In this document: in pieces, positions 12,890 to 24,990 of the stretch
Numbering within the stretch: position 1 is the first letter of the stretch
Layout of the letters: every line of letters starts with the position of its first letter
NCBI GenBank assembly: GCA_040285825.1
Contig: JAUPSS010000002.1
Span: forward strand, 992,001-1,056,000
Reading direction: 5' to 3'
Length of the DNA stretch: 64,000 bases
Source: Eukaryota sp. TZLM1-RC
Taxonomy: Eukaryota > Protista > Metamonada: BaSk clade
Notes under the pieces: model-generated
Told to the model about the DNA's origin: nothing
Seen by the model: only the letters and a program-made list of their open reading frames with translations
Database searches by the model: none
Position numbers and translations under genes: made by a program

Positions 12890-13030
12890 TGACTGGGATT
12901 GTTTTTCAGGAATAGTGCCATCAAGTGATTACGGAAAGCGTCGATTTTATTTTTTCTGTATCAATTTTTGAAATTTCTTCACTTAATGCAAAAATAGTTG
13001 AACTTTGATTTGAACTATAATCCAATAATG
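12890..13030 (-). mobile_element. short fragment related to CRE family A
   Basis: QSSTIFALSEEISKIDTEK matches QSSTVFALNEEISRIDVEK of the 23525-25051 ORF. Confidence 0.65.
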
Positions 13031-13399
13031 TGAAAATGAGACTGATTATAATTTGGACAATTTGTATTACACGTTTATCAACAATGAGGTGACATAATAA
13101 TGGAAACAGATCAAATGGGCATGGTTGTGTTGTTAAGTTACTTAGTGCCACCCCATGGGTACCAAAACGCACATGTAGGAACTAAATTCGAAACCGAGAC
13201 CAGATGCATATAGTCTTTGTATTGAGAAGTTGTTGCACATGCCTAATAATTTGTATTTCAACAACAAATACTAACTAAATGGACTGTTGAAGAGTGATGA
13301 ATCATCACTGATGATCGATCATTTTCATATTATATTATCCTAGAATACTGTATATTACTATATACAATCATAGCATCATTAATCGGTCATCAATAACCA

Positions 13400-15124
13400 A
13401 TGAAGACACCTGCTTCAAGGAGGGCTACGCTTACAGCCCCACGTCGATCATCCGTGGCTGCTAAACGTCACTCGATAGCTCCTACTGGACCAGTACGACA
13501 TTCTCTAGCCCCAAGACAATCCTTCGCAAATGCACCTCCTCGTCCATCCACCACAGGTAGAAGTTCTATGCTTAACTCAATGCGTAACTCTTCGGCTAAT
13601 CTACGACATTCCTGGGATACGGTCTTCTACTTCCTTACAGATCAAAAGGTGGATTTTGCTATTCCTTCACTAGATGGTTCCACTCCTCCCTCAGAAGCAC
13701 TTGTTTATCAAATTTGCACAGCCCTTGTGCAGTCAATCGATCCTAATATAGTTTACACTAAACAGAACTTTGCTAAGGAGTTTTCCACACTATTAAAGTT
13801 CCTTCGCTATCCTGAAAAGATACCCTCATCAGCGCTTACTTCCCCAACTGTACCCCACACTTGGAACAGACTCTTGCCTGCAATGGCGTGGGTTGCCACT
13901 CTCGTTCAGTCCAATACTCCTGATACACCTTCAAAATGTTTATTTACCGGGGAAAGAGGTGAGGAAAAGGATTTTTTAGATAAAATGTCACATTCATATG
14001 TTTTGTGGCTTTCCCAAGATGATGATTATGATATCGAGCTAATTCAAACGCTTGAGGAGACTTTTGAAGATCGAAACAAGTCCCTGGAACATGAAATTCA
14101 AAACACCCAGGCTTCAATTGACCATTGTCACACACAAATATCCTCGTTTAACCAGAAGGGTAGTAAGCTGGTGCAGGCAAACGGAGCCGCAAGGACTCTT
14201 CAATCAGATTTAACAAAAATTAGTGATGCTTTAGATGTTTATGAACGGAAAAAATCCGATTTAGAGAAGAAGTTGCAGAATTCAGAATTGTTGTATTCTC
14301 AATTGAATGAAAAACATCTTGATTTGACAAACCATAGGGATAATTTGGGTCTTCGACTAGAAAACCAGGAGCATTCAAAGGAGGAAATCCTGTCATTGCT
14401 CACAACTAAATCAAAAAGAGAAGATTCTTTGTCTTCGTTACATTCACAATTAGAGGTTGATAGAAGAAATCTTTGGGACTTGGAGGTATCGTTGACAAAA
14501 TCATTGGAGAAAGTTGAGCTTTTGAATAAGTCTGTTTTGAATCTCTGTTTGGAATTAGGAGTTGATTTGCCACTTAAACTCAATCTGACCGGGATGAATC
14601 AATCAAATTTAATAGTTTCTGGTTCAATCGAAGAAGCCTTACAATCAATCGACGATATTGTTAAGGCAACTGAACAAGAATTAAAACAAGTGACAACCAA
14701 AGAATTGGCTGTCAGAGATCGGTTCCAACACACAAAATGTCTCCTTGAGGAAAAGAAAACTCATTTGGAGAACTTGGAACGTCGAGTTGAGCAACTTGAT
14801 CACAATTTAGCTGATGTAAAGCAAAAAATCGAGTTAACTGAAGAAAAAGATGTCAATGATGTTTTCACCTTAGAACAAGAGCTTAGAGTTTTATCCTTGG
14901 ATGATTCTGATAGACAGATTGATGAGTTGACCATTGAAAAGAATCGACTCGAGGAGCAATTGGAACAGGCAAGGAATGAATACGATACAGAAAGTACTAA
15001 ATGTACCGATATGTTAGTGGAGTTGGTTTCGGAGCTTATTAGGCATAAGGAAGTTGTGGAAACTTCTTTGAATACTAGTATTGGATACTGCCAGCAACTT
15101 ACACATGAATTGTTTGATGTATAA
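13400..15124 (+). CDS. NDC80: kinetochore protein Ndc80/Hec1
   Basis: Basic Ser/Arg-rich N-tail, CH-domain motif LRYP..I..SALTSPTVPHTWNRLLPAMAW, then long coiled coil. Confidence 0.9.
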   Translation: MKTPASRRATLTAPRRSSVAAKRHSIAPTGPVRHSLAPRQSFANAPPRPSTTGRSSMLNSMRNSSANLRHSWDTVFYFLTDQKVDFAIPSLDGSTPPSEALVYQICTALVQSIDPNIVYTKQNFAKEFSTLLKFLRYPEKIPSSALTSPTVPHTWNRLLPAMAWVATLVQSNTPDTPSKCLFTGERGEEKDFLDKMSHSYVLWLSQDDDYDIELIQTLEETFEDRNKSLEHEIQNTQASIDHCHTQISSFNQKGSKLVQANGAARTLQSDLTKISDALDVYERKKSDLEKKLQNSELLYSQLNEKHLDLTNHRDNLGLRLENQEHSKEEILSLLTTKSKREDSLSSLHSQLEVDRRNLWDLEVSLTKSLEKVELLNKSVLNLCLELGVDLPLKLNLTGMNQSNLIVSGSIEEALQSIDDIVKATEQELKQVTTKELAVRDRFQHTKCLLEEKKTHLENLERRVEQLDHNLADVKQKIELTEEKDVNDVFTLEQELRVLSLDDSDRQIDELTIEKNRLEEQLEQARNEYDTESTKCTDMLVELVSELIRHKEVVETSLNTSIGYCQQLTHELFDV

Positions 15125-15399
15125 TACAAAGTTATTTAATGTTTTTTATTCTAGACACAATTCTTCATAATTATGACTACACTCTAAACCAAATTTCTTA
15201 AATCAACTAGCTTTGTATTTTTAACGTAGAGCAATTGATATATTTTGTTTTTAGATTTAATAAATATTCATAAATAAGTGATTATCATAATACACTTCTA
15301 CAGATGACATTTGAGTTTACTCCAAAATTTGGACTTTCTAAATTGTTGAATAGGTGAATTGTTTCCGGAGTAGACCTTTAAAAAATATTTTAAACAAGA

Positions 15400-15735
15400 A
15401 CTATACTTTTAAAGTACTAACAGCTTCTCAAAGGAGAAGAGAAACTGTCAACAAAGACCAACAAAAATTCTATAAAAATGCTAAAAAATCATGGATTTAT
15501 CAAAACGAAATGGCAAAGAAATGGGAAGAAGAATTAAAACAATTTTCAAAGAAAACCCTAGATCATGAAGAATTCCTATATTACTGCAAGGCAAAAAACA
15601 ACTGTTCTCTCCACCTTGGAGCTTTTTACTTTAATAAAGAATTAAGAGTCATGAAACTGTAAAGATTCATGGCCACAGAGCAGTTTGAAGCAAAATGGAT
15701 GAATGAAATTGAAAATAAGTTTGGAGGTCTAGTAA
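15400..15735 (+). pseudogene. Fanzor1 internal fragment (same family as 30745-32170)
   Basis: LTASQRRRETVNK...ELKQFSKKTLDHEEFLYYCKAK...WMNEIENKFG. Nucleotide sequence near-identical to the reverse complement of ~31090-31410. Confidence 0.75.
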
Positions 15736-16279
15736 ATATCATAATAAGAAGAATTCAAAGTAAAATTCTGATTATTAATATTATAAAAGAGACCACAAGT
15801 CAAAGCAATTGTAGCAACATCGGTAGTTTTGAAATCATAATGGTAAGGTGATCAGAATTTTACCCCCTTTGAAGCAACATGATTAAAGAAAATTGAAGCA
15901 AGAAGTCGTAAAAGTCATTCACCAAAAGAAATCAAACGTACACCCTCTGGCTTTAAACCATTTCTAGATTTTAAAGAGCACTTAAGCGAGCAACTGATAA
16001 CTCAGAAGGTGGAGTGGTGTTTAAACAAACTAAATTTTGATAATAGTCAGCTAGATCATCACAAAATGCAGGAACTCTACATGCAAATTTCAAATTAAAA
16101 ATCAGAATGACCTGTGGCTTCGCCTTTAGAAAATTTACTAATCGGTTACTGTTTCTCAGATGTCGTTAAAAATGCATCGTACCAGTACTTACAAACTTTT
16201 GCTTAAAATTAATAATTTTACAATTGAAAACTTTTTTCCAGGATAAAGATTATTCAAATTATAAATTTTATTGCACCAA

Positions 16280-17230
16280 AACAGGAATTATGAAGTAAGA
16301 CTAGATTTAGCCAATACTAAAAATCATGCTTTCGGAAATTTTTCAAAAGACCTTCGTAATAGTTCTGCTGCTGCTTAAGTTACTCAAATTCCCCCTTTGT
16401 GTGGTCTTTGAAAAACAATCAGTGACTTTTAAACATGTGTATTCGTCCCTTTTTATGGCGAAGCAAAGAACCTAATCATTTAACATGTAAATGTGATAAA
16501 CCTCTTTTGTCTACTGAATTGTAAGCATTTTATTACATTTTACAGTAAAGTACATTATAATGTCAAGGACCAAATTTATTTCATTTGTAAAATATATCGG
16601 GTAGATTACTTTCAGAGCCATTGTTATCAATAATTAATTCTTGAAGACTCCAATATTGATAGGACCCGTTACAATAATGCTTGTATGGATCTGGCAAGAG
16701 GTGATTTGGTTGTTCTTAACTTGAATGGAAGCTTCACTATTTTAGAAGTAATGTCTATTAACGCTTGTAATTCTTCTAATAAACGAACAATAATCATTAA
16801 ATAAATATAAATTAAATGAACTAATTCTGATGTCAATAACCCTCTTCTTACTGAAGAAAAAAACTAAATTGCTAATTTCGCGAAACCTAATTCGTCTGTC
16901 AATGAAAAATCTCGCGCCCAATATAATTTATGCCCCCTTGTCTTGTCTTTGCTCGGCTCTTTAGGTAAGGCTGCTTTGGCATTCCTTGAAAATTTCAGAG
17001 TAGTTGTGAAGGAAAGAACTGGAAGAATATTCAATCGTGTATATTGGCAAAATCGAATTGTGTTTTCAATTTATCAGGGAATCGTGAAACTAATTTTTGA
17101 TGCGATATCTTCTTTTGTTCGCTTTTCAGAATCTTTAATAATTAAATGTTTTTATGTGGGAGAGGAAGGTTTTGAGAAAGTGGAGCTTTAGTGTATTTGG
17201 TTGTTCTGTTTCTATTCGTTGTTTAATAAA
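16280..17230 (+). mobile_element. CRE-clade retrotransposon family B, degenerate 3' fragment
   Basis: SLLGSLGKAALAFLENF..VKERTGRIFNRVYWQNRIVFS, colinear with 47070-47940. Confidence 0.85.
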
Positions 17231-17724
17231 AATATATTTCAATTTTTTAAAAAAACCCTGAAGTTTTGAAAAGATCATCTTCAATTCACTCATCTTAAAT
17301 TCAACTCCAGTTTTTTTGTTTAAAGTTTAGTTCTGAAAAAGGGAAAAGGCAGTGTTAGCGCTTGTAGTCTTGAATAAAATACATGCAAATTATATCAACT
17401 TTATCTCATTCATTTTAACTTAATTTCACGATTTAAGGCAACATAAAAACATGTTTCAAGTAAAAAATTTTGTGGAGACGTAAATTCGAAATGGACGACT
17501 ATCCAAAAACAACATCCAAATTTTTTCCTGATTCAGTGCTTAAAATTGTAATGCTCAGATGTTGTACAAATTATTTTAAGATTGCAAAAATAAATACAAA
17601 TTATACAAACACAGTGCAAAAGACTCAAGTGCAGAAGTTTTGAAAAAATCTTGATTCATTTCATCTACATCCACCAGTAATCTCAACGAATTACTACTAT
17701 TTGACATTAGTGTGCTCTTAGCCG

Positions 17725-18624
17725 ATGTCCAACAATGACGTTCTTGCTCAAATACGTGCCTTCAAAAAGGGAGGGTTAAAGAAAACGGAAACTGTCGATA
17801 AGAGTGTTCCTCCCTCCATTCTCAAAGCACAGCAGCAAGCTGCTACGCCATGCACCAATTCAGGTTCTTCTGCCCCTCCTCCTTCTCTTCCTACTCCTTC
17901 CAGCGGAGGGGGAGATCTCATGTCTGAACTTCAAGCACAGTTTAGTCGTAGGAATAAAAGTAACCCTCCACCAAAAGCACCAACCCCTCCAGCACCTCCA
18001 CAAAAGCCAGTCTCTGCACCAACCCCTCCAGCACCTCCACAAAAGCCAGTCTCTGCACCAACCCCTCCAGCACCTCCACAAAAGCCAGTCTCTGCACCAA
18101 CCCCTCCAGCTGCTCCCTTTGTTCCCCCACCTCCACCCAAGGTTCAGCCACCCCCTATGCCTCCAAAACCCTCTCCTGCTCCAAAGACTAAACCTTCACC
18201 ATCCAATTCCGCTCCTGTAGAAACTAACAAGAAGAAAGCACCCCCACCTGTCCCTCCCAAGGCTTCCAAACCCAGGAATACTACATTAAAAGCGCATGAA
18301 CCTGTATTGGAGTCTGACTATTATCGAAATCGAATTTCTCCCTTTGCTTTTGCTTTTAAAGGTGAAGTGCCCTCAACCACCTTACCGTTCAGAAACTGCG
18401 AGAAGAATTACCCCATCGCTGGTACTTGCACTGAGTGGAATCCTTTACCAATTCCTGACTCTCATCTATCCAAATTGGTTTCAAGGATCAAAGAAAAGCG
18501 TGAATATTTGAATTTTTTAGAGAATCAGCTGGATTATTATTCAGGAAGGGAATTGCCCTTAGAGCCCAAACTAATTGGTTATGTTGAAGAAGCAGTGAAG
18601 AATGTAGGTGAAGTTTCTCTTTGA
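17725..18624 (+). CDS. WH2-domain proline-rich actin-binding protein (WIP/verprolin-like)
   Basis: N-terminal WH2 motif VLAQIRAFKKGGLKKTETVDKS, a second WH2-like helix GGDLMSELQAQFSRR, polyproline tracts. Confidence 0.8.
   Translation: MSNNDVLAQIRAFKKGGLKKTETVDKSVPPSILKAQQQAATPCTNSGSSAPPPSLPTPSSGGGDLMSELQAQFSRRNKSNPPPKAPTPPAPPQKPVSAPTPPAPPQKPVSAPTPPAPPQKPVSAPTPPAAPFVPPPPPKVQPPPMPPKPSPAPKTKPSPSNSAPVETNKKKAPPPVPPKASKPRNTTLKAHEPVLESDYYRNRISPFAFAFKGEVPSTTLPFRNCEKNYPIAGTCTEWNPLPIPDSHLSKLVSRIKEKREYLNFLENQLDYYSGRELPLEPKLIGYVEEAVKNVGEVSL
17977..18110 (+). repeat. coding tandem repeat, 39 bp x ~3.4
   Basis: GCACCAACCCCTCCAGCACCTCCACAAAAGCCAGTCTCT repeated perfectly; encodes APTPPAPPQKPVS. Confidence 0.95.
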
Positions 18625-19466
18625 AGTTAGGTTTTGATAGTTTTTTGATGTATATTATTGTAAATTTGCTTTAAATTTGGTTTATTAGCTCGAAAATATG
18701 TTTGAATGTATCCAAGAGCAACTTTCCATATTGAACAACGGAATTCAGAGTCAAGTTTGGCACTTTGGTGCTCTCACCAACGAAAAAAAACGCAAGTTAT
18801 TGTGTAAGTTTTTGACTACAATCAGAAAAGCCATTTTTCATTGCTCAAGCACCACCAGTTCTTTCACTATTCCACTGTTGTTGTTTAGTTTAGTCTACAG
18901 TATACTCTTGCAGCTACAATGTAATTAAAATACATACTATACCAATTTTTCTTGAAAAAGTAGCTCTTGAAAAATTATATATCTGACATCAAACTTCATC
19001 GAAATGTACAAAAATCACTCGAAATTAGCGCAACTCTGACGAAACAACACAATGGAGTGAAGAACTGAACATTGTAGCAAAATGTTTCTCCATCAAGACT
19101 AGTTATATTCATGTTTGAAAGTTTGTGTTAATGTAGATACCTTAGATAAAAGATAAAGAAAATATATTGCGTCGTGAAATTAATTACAGGCACTTGCTGT
19201 AACTTGGAAATAAATCTTTGTAGGTATGAAACTCAACAAAACGACAACAACAAAAGTTTCCAAACTTGCAAAATTCCTCCAGAAAACCGATACACTGCTT
19301 GAAAATCTAATCTAGATTAATTAGTCTAAATCTTACTTGATCTATATGATGCCTGTGACATAATTGTAACAGCAAAAAGGTAAGATAACTTTTTTAAAAT
19401 TCACTGGCCCTTATAAAGGCCATCACTATTGAAGTCTATACTAGACTAATTGTCCACAGTACAACA

Positions 19467-19990
19467 CTACCTTTTCCCTCTCTTAGGTCTCGAACGAGAG
19501 CTGTAAGAATTAACTGCAGGGTAATTAGTTTTAGATTTAGAATTGGAATTCACTTTCCGTTTCCTGGTAGTGCGAGGACCAAGGGTACGCAAATATGATT
19601 GGTATGCCCCAGTGCTTTTGACGTCAGCAACTGGGACAGACGATGTCTCGCCGCCATACCAAACTGCGGTGCAATAAGGAATTTTATTATCATTCGAGTC
19701 TATGAAATCGAAGTGATCTATAATCTTAATAATTACAGACTTTTCCATATCACCGGCAGCAATGTTTTTATGCCAATCAATATCTTTTTTGGGGAAGTCA
19801 GAGAGGTGTAATTTGCAATGATTAATATTTACTGTGGACGTCGAACCGGTGACAAGATTCTTGAGTAATAAACTTATTGGATTAAAATTCTTCAACGAGA
19901 AAAGGGCCAGCGAAGCAACCATGGAGTTCACCATTAGTCTTTAATCGCAAATTCTTTAATCAACACAAATTTCTCGATTCAGTGCTTTTT
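19467..19990 (-). mobile_element. Ty3/gypsy LTR-retrotransposon remnant (integrase GPY/F module, chromodomain-like tail, PPT)
   Basis: LHGCFAGPFLVE frameshifts into LKNLVTGSTSTVNINHCKLH, then IIKIIDH...CTAVWYGGETSSVP. Ends in purine tract AAGAGAGGGAAAAGGTAG followed by TGTTG at 19466 (putative LTR start). Confidence 0.6.
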
Positions 19991-20689
19991 GTTGTATTTT
20001 CGCTTACGCTTTGATGTTTGTTTGTCAAAAATCGCTTTTCTAATAATTTTTGATGGAGAAATTAATTGAAAATTAGATCTTCTCTTTTTGGGACCAGGAT
20101 TTGTTTCAACATCCCCATCCATTGTTAAATCAACAGTGAATGGGTTTGTTGATAGAAGATGTTGGCAGCTTCTGGATTGAAAACATAATTTATAAACATA
20201 ATAATCAAACTCAACTTTATTAAAGTAACAATTTAAGACACAACATCCCGTATCTTAAGTGCAAATACCTAATCCCCAAAAAACAATAAAATAAAAAACA
20301 TCAAAATAACAATTCAAAACAAAACATAAACAAAAGAAACATCCCGTATCTAAGGTGATTAGCACCATGGCTGATTCAAGAGCACCCATATCATGACTCA
20401 CATGATGAATGAAAAAAGTGCAATACTCTACCCCCACGGAAGTATCAGAACAACGATTCCGATAGGAAATTGAGGTTCCGACGTTCCGTTTATTCCTGTA
20501 AAAAGGATGACTGTTGCCGACTGAGGAGTTCGGGAGGAAGTAGTCTGCTGTTCTGTGAAGAACAGGTTGAAGGAGGAGGTGGGAACTGAGTCCGTAACCT
20601 CGTTATCCTTTTTCTCCTTTTGCTGCATGATGTTAGAAGAATGGGAAGAGTCAAGATAATCTCGCTGTCAGATACGATGTCTGACTTGC

Positions 20690-20935
20690 TGATTGCAATT
20701 TCAAATTGACTGCTAATTTCCACAATGGTATCAAATGCCTATCGACTGTATCTCTATTAGTGGTGATCAACATCAGTTCGATTTACCCTCTAGCTGTTCT
20801 GGTGGTTGTTACTCCTTCTAAACTCTATGTTTTTTTCCAGCTTCCTTCTCCTTCCTTTACCTCTTGTCCTCTTCCCATTCCGCTATCTCAACAATTGTCC
20901 CTTCCTCTCTCCCTCTCTGTTTCGACGGGACCTAT
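20690..20935 (-). repeat. dispersed repeat, second copy inverted at ~62630-62870
   Basis: Shared translation HxGIKCLSTxSLLVVINIxSIYPLAVLVVVTPSKL..FQxPSPSFTSCPLPI in the 20706+ and 62348-/62625- ORFs. Confidence 0.8.
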
Positions 20936-21819
20936 TACCAATGGAACGATTGTTTCCTTTGTTTTGCCCTTTTGGCAGCAACTAATTCACTTTATTGTCC
21001 AAAATCAGTCTGTACTTTATTCATTTCTGCATTCTGGCATTAGTAGTAGTAGCTCTTTCAATGGAAATTTAAGTGTTCTGAGAATTGTCTTGCAAGCTTG
21101 GTAGTCGAATTAAGCACCACATGTCACTTTTTGAATTGGGGTTATCTGAGGAAAATAATTCAAATACATTGTCAGATCGTTCGTCTGGATCAAGAACAAT
21201 AATAGAGCCCAACTATAAGAATATTATGTTATAATGTTGAGGATTTATATTTCGGGTTAAATAATTTATTTATTCTATTTATTTTATAAAGAAATACTGT
21301 ATCTGATGTTTGTCAATGATAAACAACCACCGAATTACAATCAAAGACCAAGAACTACAATTGACTGAGTCCAGAAGCCGTCTATATAAGTTACAAATGC
21401 TAAAACAATGGTAAAGAAACAATCTGAAATATATAATAATAAATTTATAATGTTAAATAAAAATCACAGAAAAGCTATAATTGATAAAATGTATATTTAG
21501 TATCTATTGTAAACAAAAATGATTTTACATGATAACATTTTATTTTCAAAGAATACAACTACTATACAGACTTATCTCTCTGCAACATCAATGGTCGATG
21601 ATCATTGATGTCCTCCTCCGTGCCTTGAATATGGGAATAAGTAATATTGTAGATATTAGTATCACTACTGGTATCTCTGTTCCAGTAGATTCCACATTCA
21701 CTGTTTTGACAATGTAGCAATCAATGACAGGGAACCAATTTCGCATCCTTTTTAACATTTGTTTTTGTTCCCTTAGCTAGTTCTTTTTTCCTACAACTTT
21801 TTTTCTTTCATTTTTTTCG

Positions 21820-22362
21820 ATGGAAGCAGTTCTTCATGAATACGAACAGCTCAGAAAACGCTATGATTGCTTTCCGGCTGAAGTTCATCGTAAAATTCAA
21901 GCTTTGGACGAATCACATCGCCGTCTAGCTTTGCTCAGTACTGAACAACACAGCTTATCGTCTTCTACAGATGCATTAGAATTGAACTCTCTTTTGCAGT
22001 TAGCCAATGAGACGTCAGACAGACTTGTCAGTGCACACGATAACGTTGAACTTTGTAGTCTTTTGGAAACTTCTCTATCAACTCAAATAGATGAACTGGG
22101 TCAGGTTTTGACATCTTTTAGAGATGAACTTGGGCTCAATGATCCCTTAGTGTCTCAATTAGATGTTACCTCAGAGGTCACAGTTTGCACCTGCAAAAAT
22201 GTTGAAATTGTGTCAGGTCCTATCATTTCTTGCAGTAATTGTGGGGAGTATTTCCATAACAAATGTGTTAGTCTTCCCCCTGATTTCAATGACCACTTCT
22301 TCTGTCATCGCTGTCACAATGATCACAAAACCAATCGCCTTACCGAGTATCCTAGTTTTTAG
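21820..22362 (+). CDS. ING-family PHD finger protein
   Basis: N-terminal ING helix FPAEVHRKIQALDE and C-terminal PHD C-x-C...C-x2-C...H-x2-C...C-x2-C. Confidence 0.75.
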   Translation: MEAVLHEYEQLRKRYDCFPAEVHRKIQALDESHRRLALLSTEQHSLSSSTDALELNSLLQLANETSDRLVSAHDNVELCSLLETSLSTQIDELGQVLTSFRDELGLNDPLVSQLDVTSEVTVCTCKNVEIVSGPIISCSNCGEYFHNKCVSLPPDFNDHFFCHRCHNDHKTNRLTEYPSF

Positions 22363-23474
22363 GTTATATTTAATTTATTGTTTACCATTTCTTTTGAAAT
22401 CGTTTATCTTGCATTACCAAGCTTTCTGGCTTTACTATCCACATTGCGGTTGCTCCCTCTAGGTTTAGTTTTGTGTTGGTTTTCTTTGCTTCTTTCTTTG
22501 CCTTTGAGCACAGAGGTTCAAGGTATCGTTGACCAAGCTCAATGAATCCAATACCACTGCATGTTGCTCTTTTTGTTACGGTCTTTGCCTTTGATATCTT
22601 TTCTGAATAACTGTCGTAGTTGTTGAGCAAATGTTCCATCGAAGACAGTGGGGGAGTGGGGATAATTGTATTAGTATCACTGATATCCGATTGATAAATG
22701 CTTTGTGTTCTTTGATATCCGTTGTTTTACAACATCTTGATTGTATCCGCATTATATAACCTTTTTTGATCAGGGGTCCAATATCTGCCACGGAAGGTGG
22801 TTTGAAATATTAAATCATTGCCAGGTAGACGATTGTTCAATCAGATTGGGGATTTGTTTAAGTTTCCGTTTAAGATTGGTACTCCCTCTCCTACTTCACA
22901 TTCGTCCTCTTTCATCTACTTTGTTGAATACTGATGTTCACGTCAATTCTCTATAAACAGAATCAATAAAAGAATCTTGCATTGTTTTGTTGATCCACAA
23001 ATCCAATATTTTTTCATCTTTACAGTCTTCAAGTCAATGTTTTTGTTTTTATTCCATTGTTTTTAGTATAAATTTGCCATCTTCCATTTTACAGACCCAC
23101 GTCACTGAATGCAGTTTTATGTTTATTGAACAATTTCAATATATTGTGGCTAAACACCTACTTACCTTTGTGCCCCTTTCTAAAGATTTAATTGTACCAT
23201 ATAGTACCATGTTTGTAACAACTTTGGGCCCAAAAACTTCGAGAATTGAAACTTTGGGGCAAAAACCATTGGAACCAAATGACCAAATTCCCGAAACTTT
23301 TGCGCCCAAAGATTGAACAAACACTGCTCGAGATGTACAGGCAAATTCTGGGCTTAAAATGTGATCAGAAATGAGAAAATGGAACAATTTATCTTTGATT
23401 TGAATAATTGATTTTTCCCTTGCTAAGCTGAATTAATAACCAAATGCTAATTTATTACTGAAACTTGTAATGTA

Positions 23475-24990
23475 TTTATTGAATTTGCACACTTAATTAA
23501 ATTAACTCATAACTAATGGGACGACTATCGATGAACCAAGATTTCCTCTACAAAATCTTGATCTGCTTGCTGTCTAGCTAAAGCTTCTCTAATTCGATTG
23601 AAAAACCGCGGTAATCTATTAATAATGGCAAAATGAATCCGTGAACGCCATAAAAAAATATCAAATCTTTTCATTGTTTTTTCTTGCACCATTTTTTGGA
23701 AGTCATCCAAAAAAGTTTCTGCTTCAACTGATAATCTTCCATTTATCGAAAATGGGAAAGCAATAAAAACCAGCTGTGTATTTCTATCGACATTTGCCTC
23801 TTCAATATCTTTATCATATTTTCTATGTTTCTCTTTTGCATTAAAATCCAGAGCAGCCACAGGATTAAATTTTCTTCTGTGAACCAAAGTATCATTTGCA
23901 ACATTACATGAGACAAAGTCAACAATAGCTTCAGAATTATCAATCCAATCACAGTATACATCACCTCTATCATCAGAACCAAAATTATTCAGAGAAAGTG
24001 TTTCCTTCAGCAGGGGCTCTTTGATACACGATATCCTTGCAGTTTGTGCCATATTGAAAACAGTGTCTCTAACAGCATCATGTAATGAAGAACGATAAGT
24101 TATCAATTTAGAGCAATTCAGAGCATGGCGCAAAGTGAGTTGAGGTGAATTCGAACAAATACATTTTTCTTTTGATAATAATTGGTTAATGGGGATGTTC
24201 AAATATAATCTCATTTTTGTTACAAATGCTTCATTAGTGGCACACAATCCAAATCTTCGTGGTACAATGGTTAAAAAAAGTGAAGAATCTGACGACTTGT
24301 TTTCACAAACACCCTTTTCCAATAACAATGAGTGAAGATCTTGATTTAAAACAGCCGAGCTGCATATATTATTATAAAGATCTTTTTCATACATTCCAGT
24401 CAATCGTCTCTGTAATGTTCGAAGAGTGTACTTCAAATTTAAAACATTTTTTTCTGGAATATTGCCATTGAATGATTGGGGAAAACATCGACCCCATTTT
24501 TCTACATCAATTCTTGAAATTTCTTCATTTAATGCAAAAACAGTGGAACTTTGCGTTGTCATCAATAAATCTTCCCAATCTGCAAATCTTTCGGAAAACT
24601 CAAAGATTGCATTTCTGCATCCACCAACAAAAGCACACGAGGTCAGAATAGAAGCCTTCGTCCACCCCAAACCACCATAATGTGGACTAAGATAAGCATG
24701 ATCTGGAATTTGAAACATTTTACATCCCAGTAATTGAGACAGAACTTTTGCACGTAACTCATTAAACTTCTGAGCCAAAGGTCTAGTGACGAGAGGATTT
24801 GTAGATCGAAATATATGATTAAAATTGGAACTAAAACACAGTCTTATAATGGTAAATTTGATGTGTTCTTTTATATCTAAATTCGTCATTCGGTCAATTT
24901 TGTCAGAAATTGAGTTCAACTTTTCAAACAATTTTTTGGTAATTTCATCATTATTTCCTAAAAACGAACCCAAATGACAAATAGCATCAA
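23475..24990 (-). mobile_element. CRE-clade retrotransposon family A, 5'-truncated with open ORF
   Basis: 508-aa ORF with RT thumb region (HLGSFLG, NHIFRST, LSPHYGGLG), C-x-C..H..C zinc motif, RLE motifs HDAVRD / EP / DRGD / D / KEKHRKY / FPFSING, and the conserved 3' UTR. Confidence 0.9.

Noticed and set aside
10990-15662. TAA reassigned to Gln, suggested by in-frame TAA codons in TE ORFs
   Set aside because: Host genes (ULK4, NDC80, COPA, deoC) end at TAA and have no internal stops.
17804-18220. Overlapping alternative-frame and antisense ORFs here and within other long genes
   Set aside because: They are by-products of repeats and codon bias in the main CDS.
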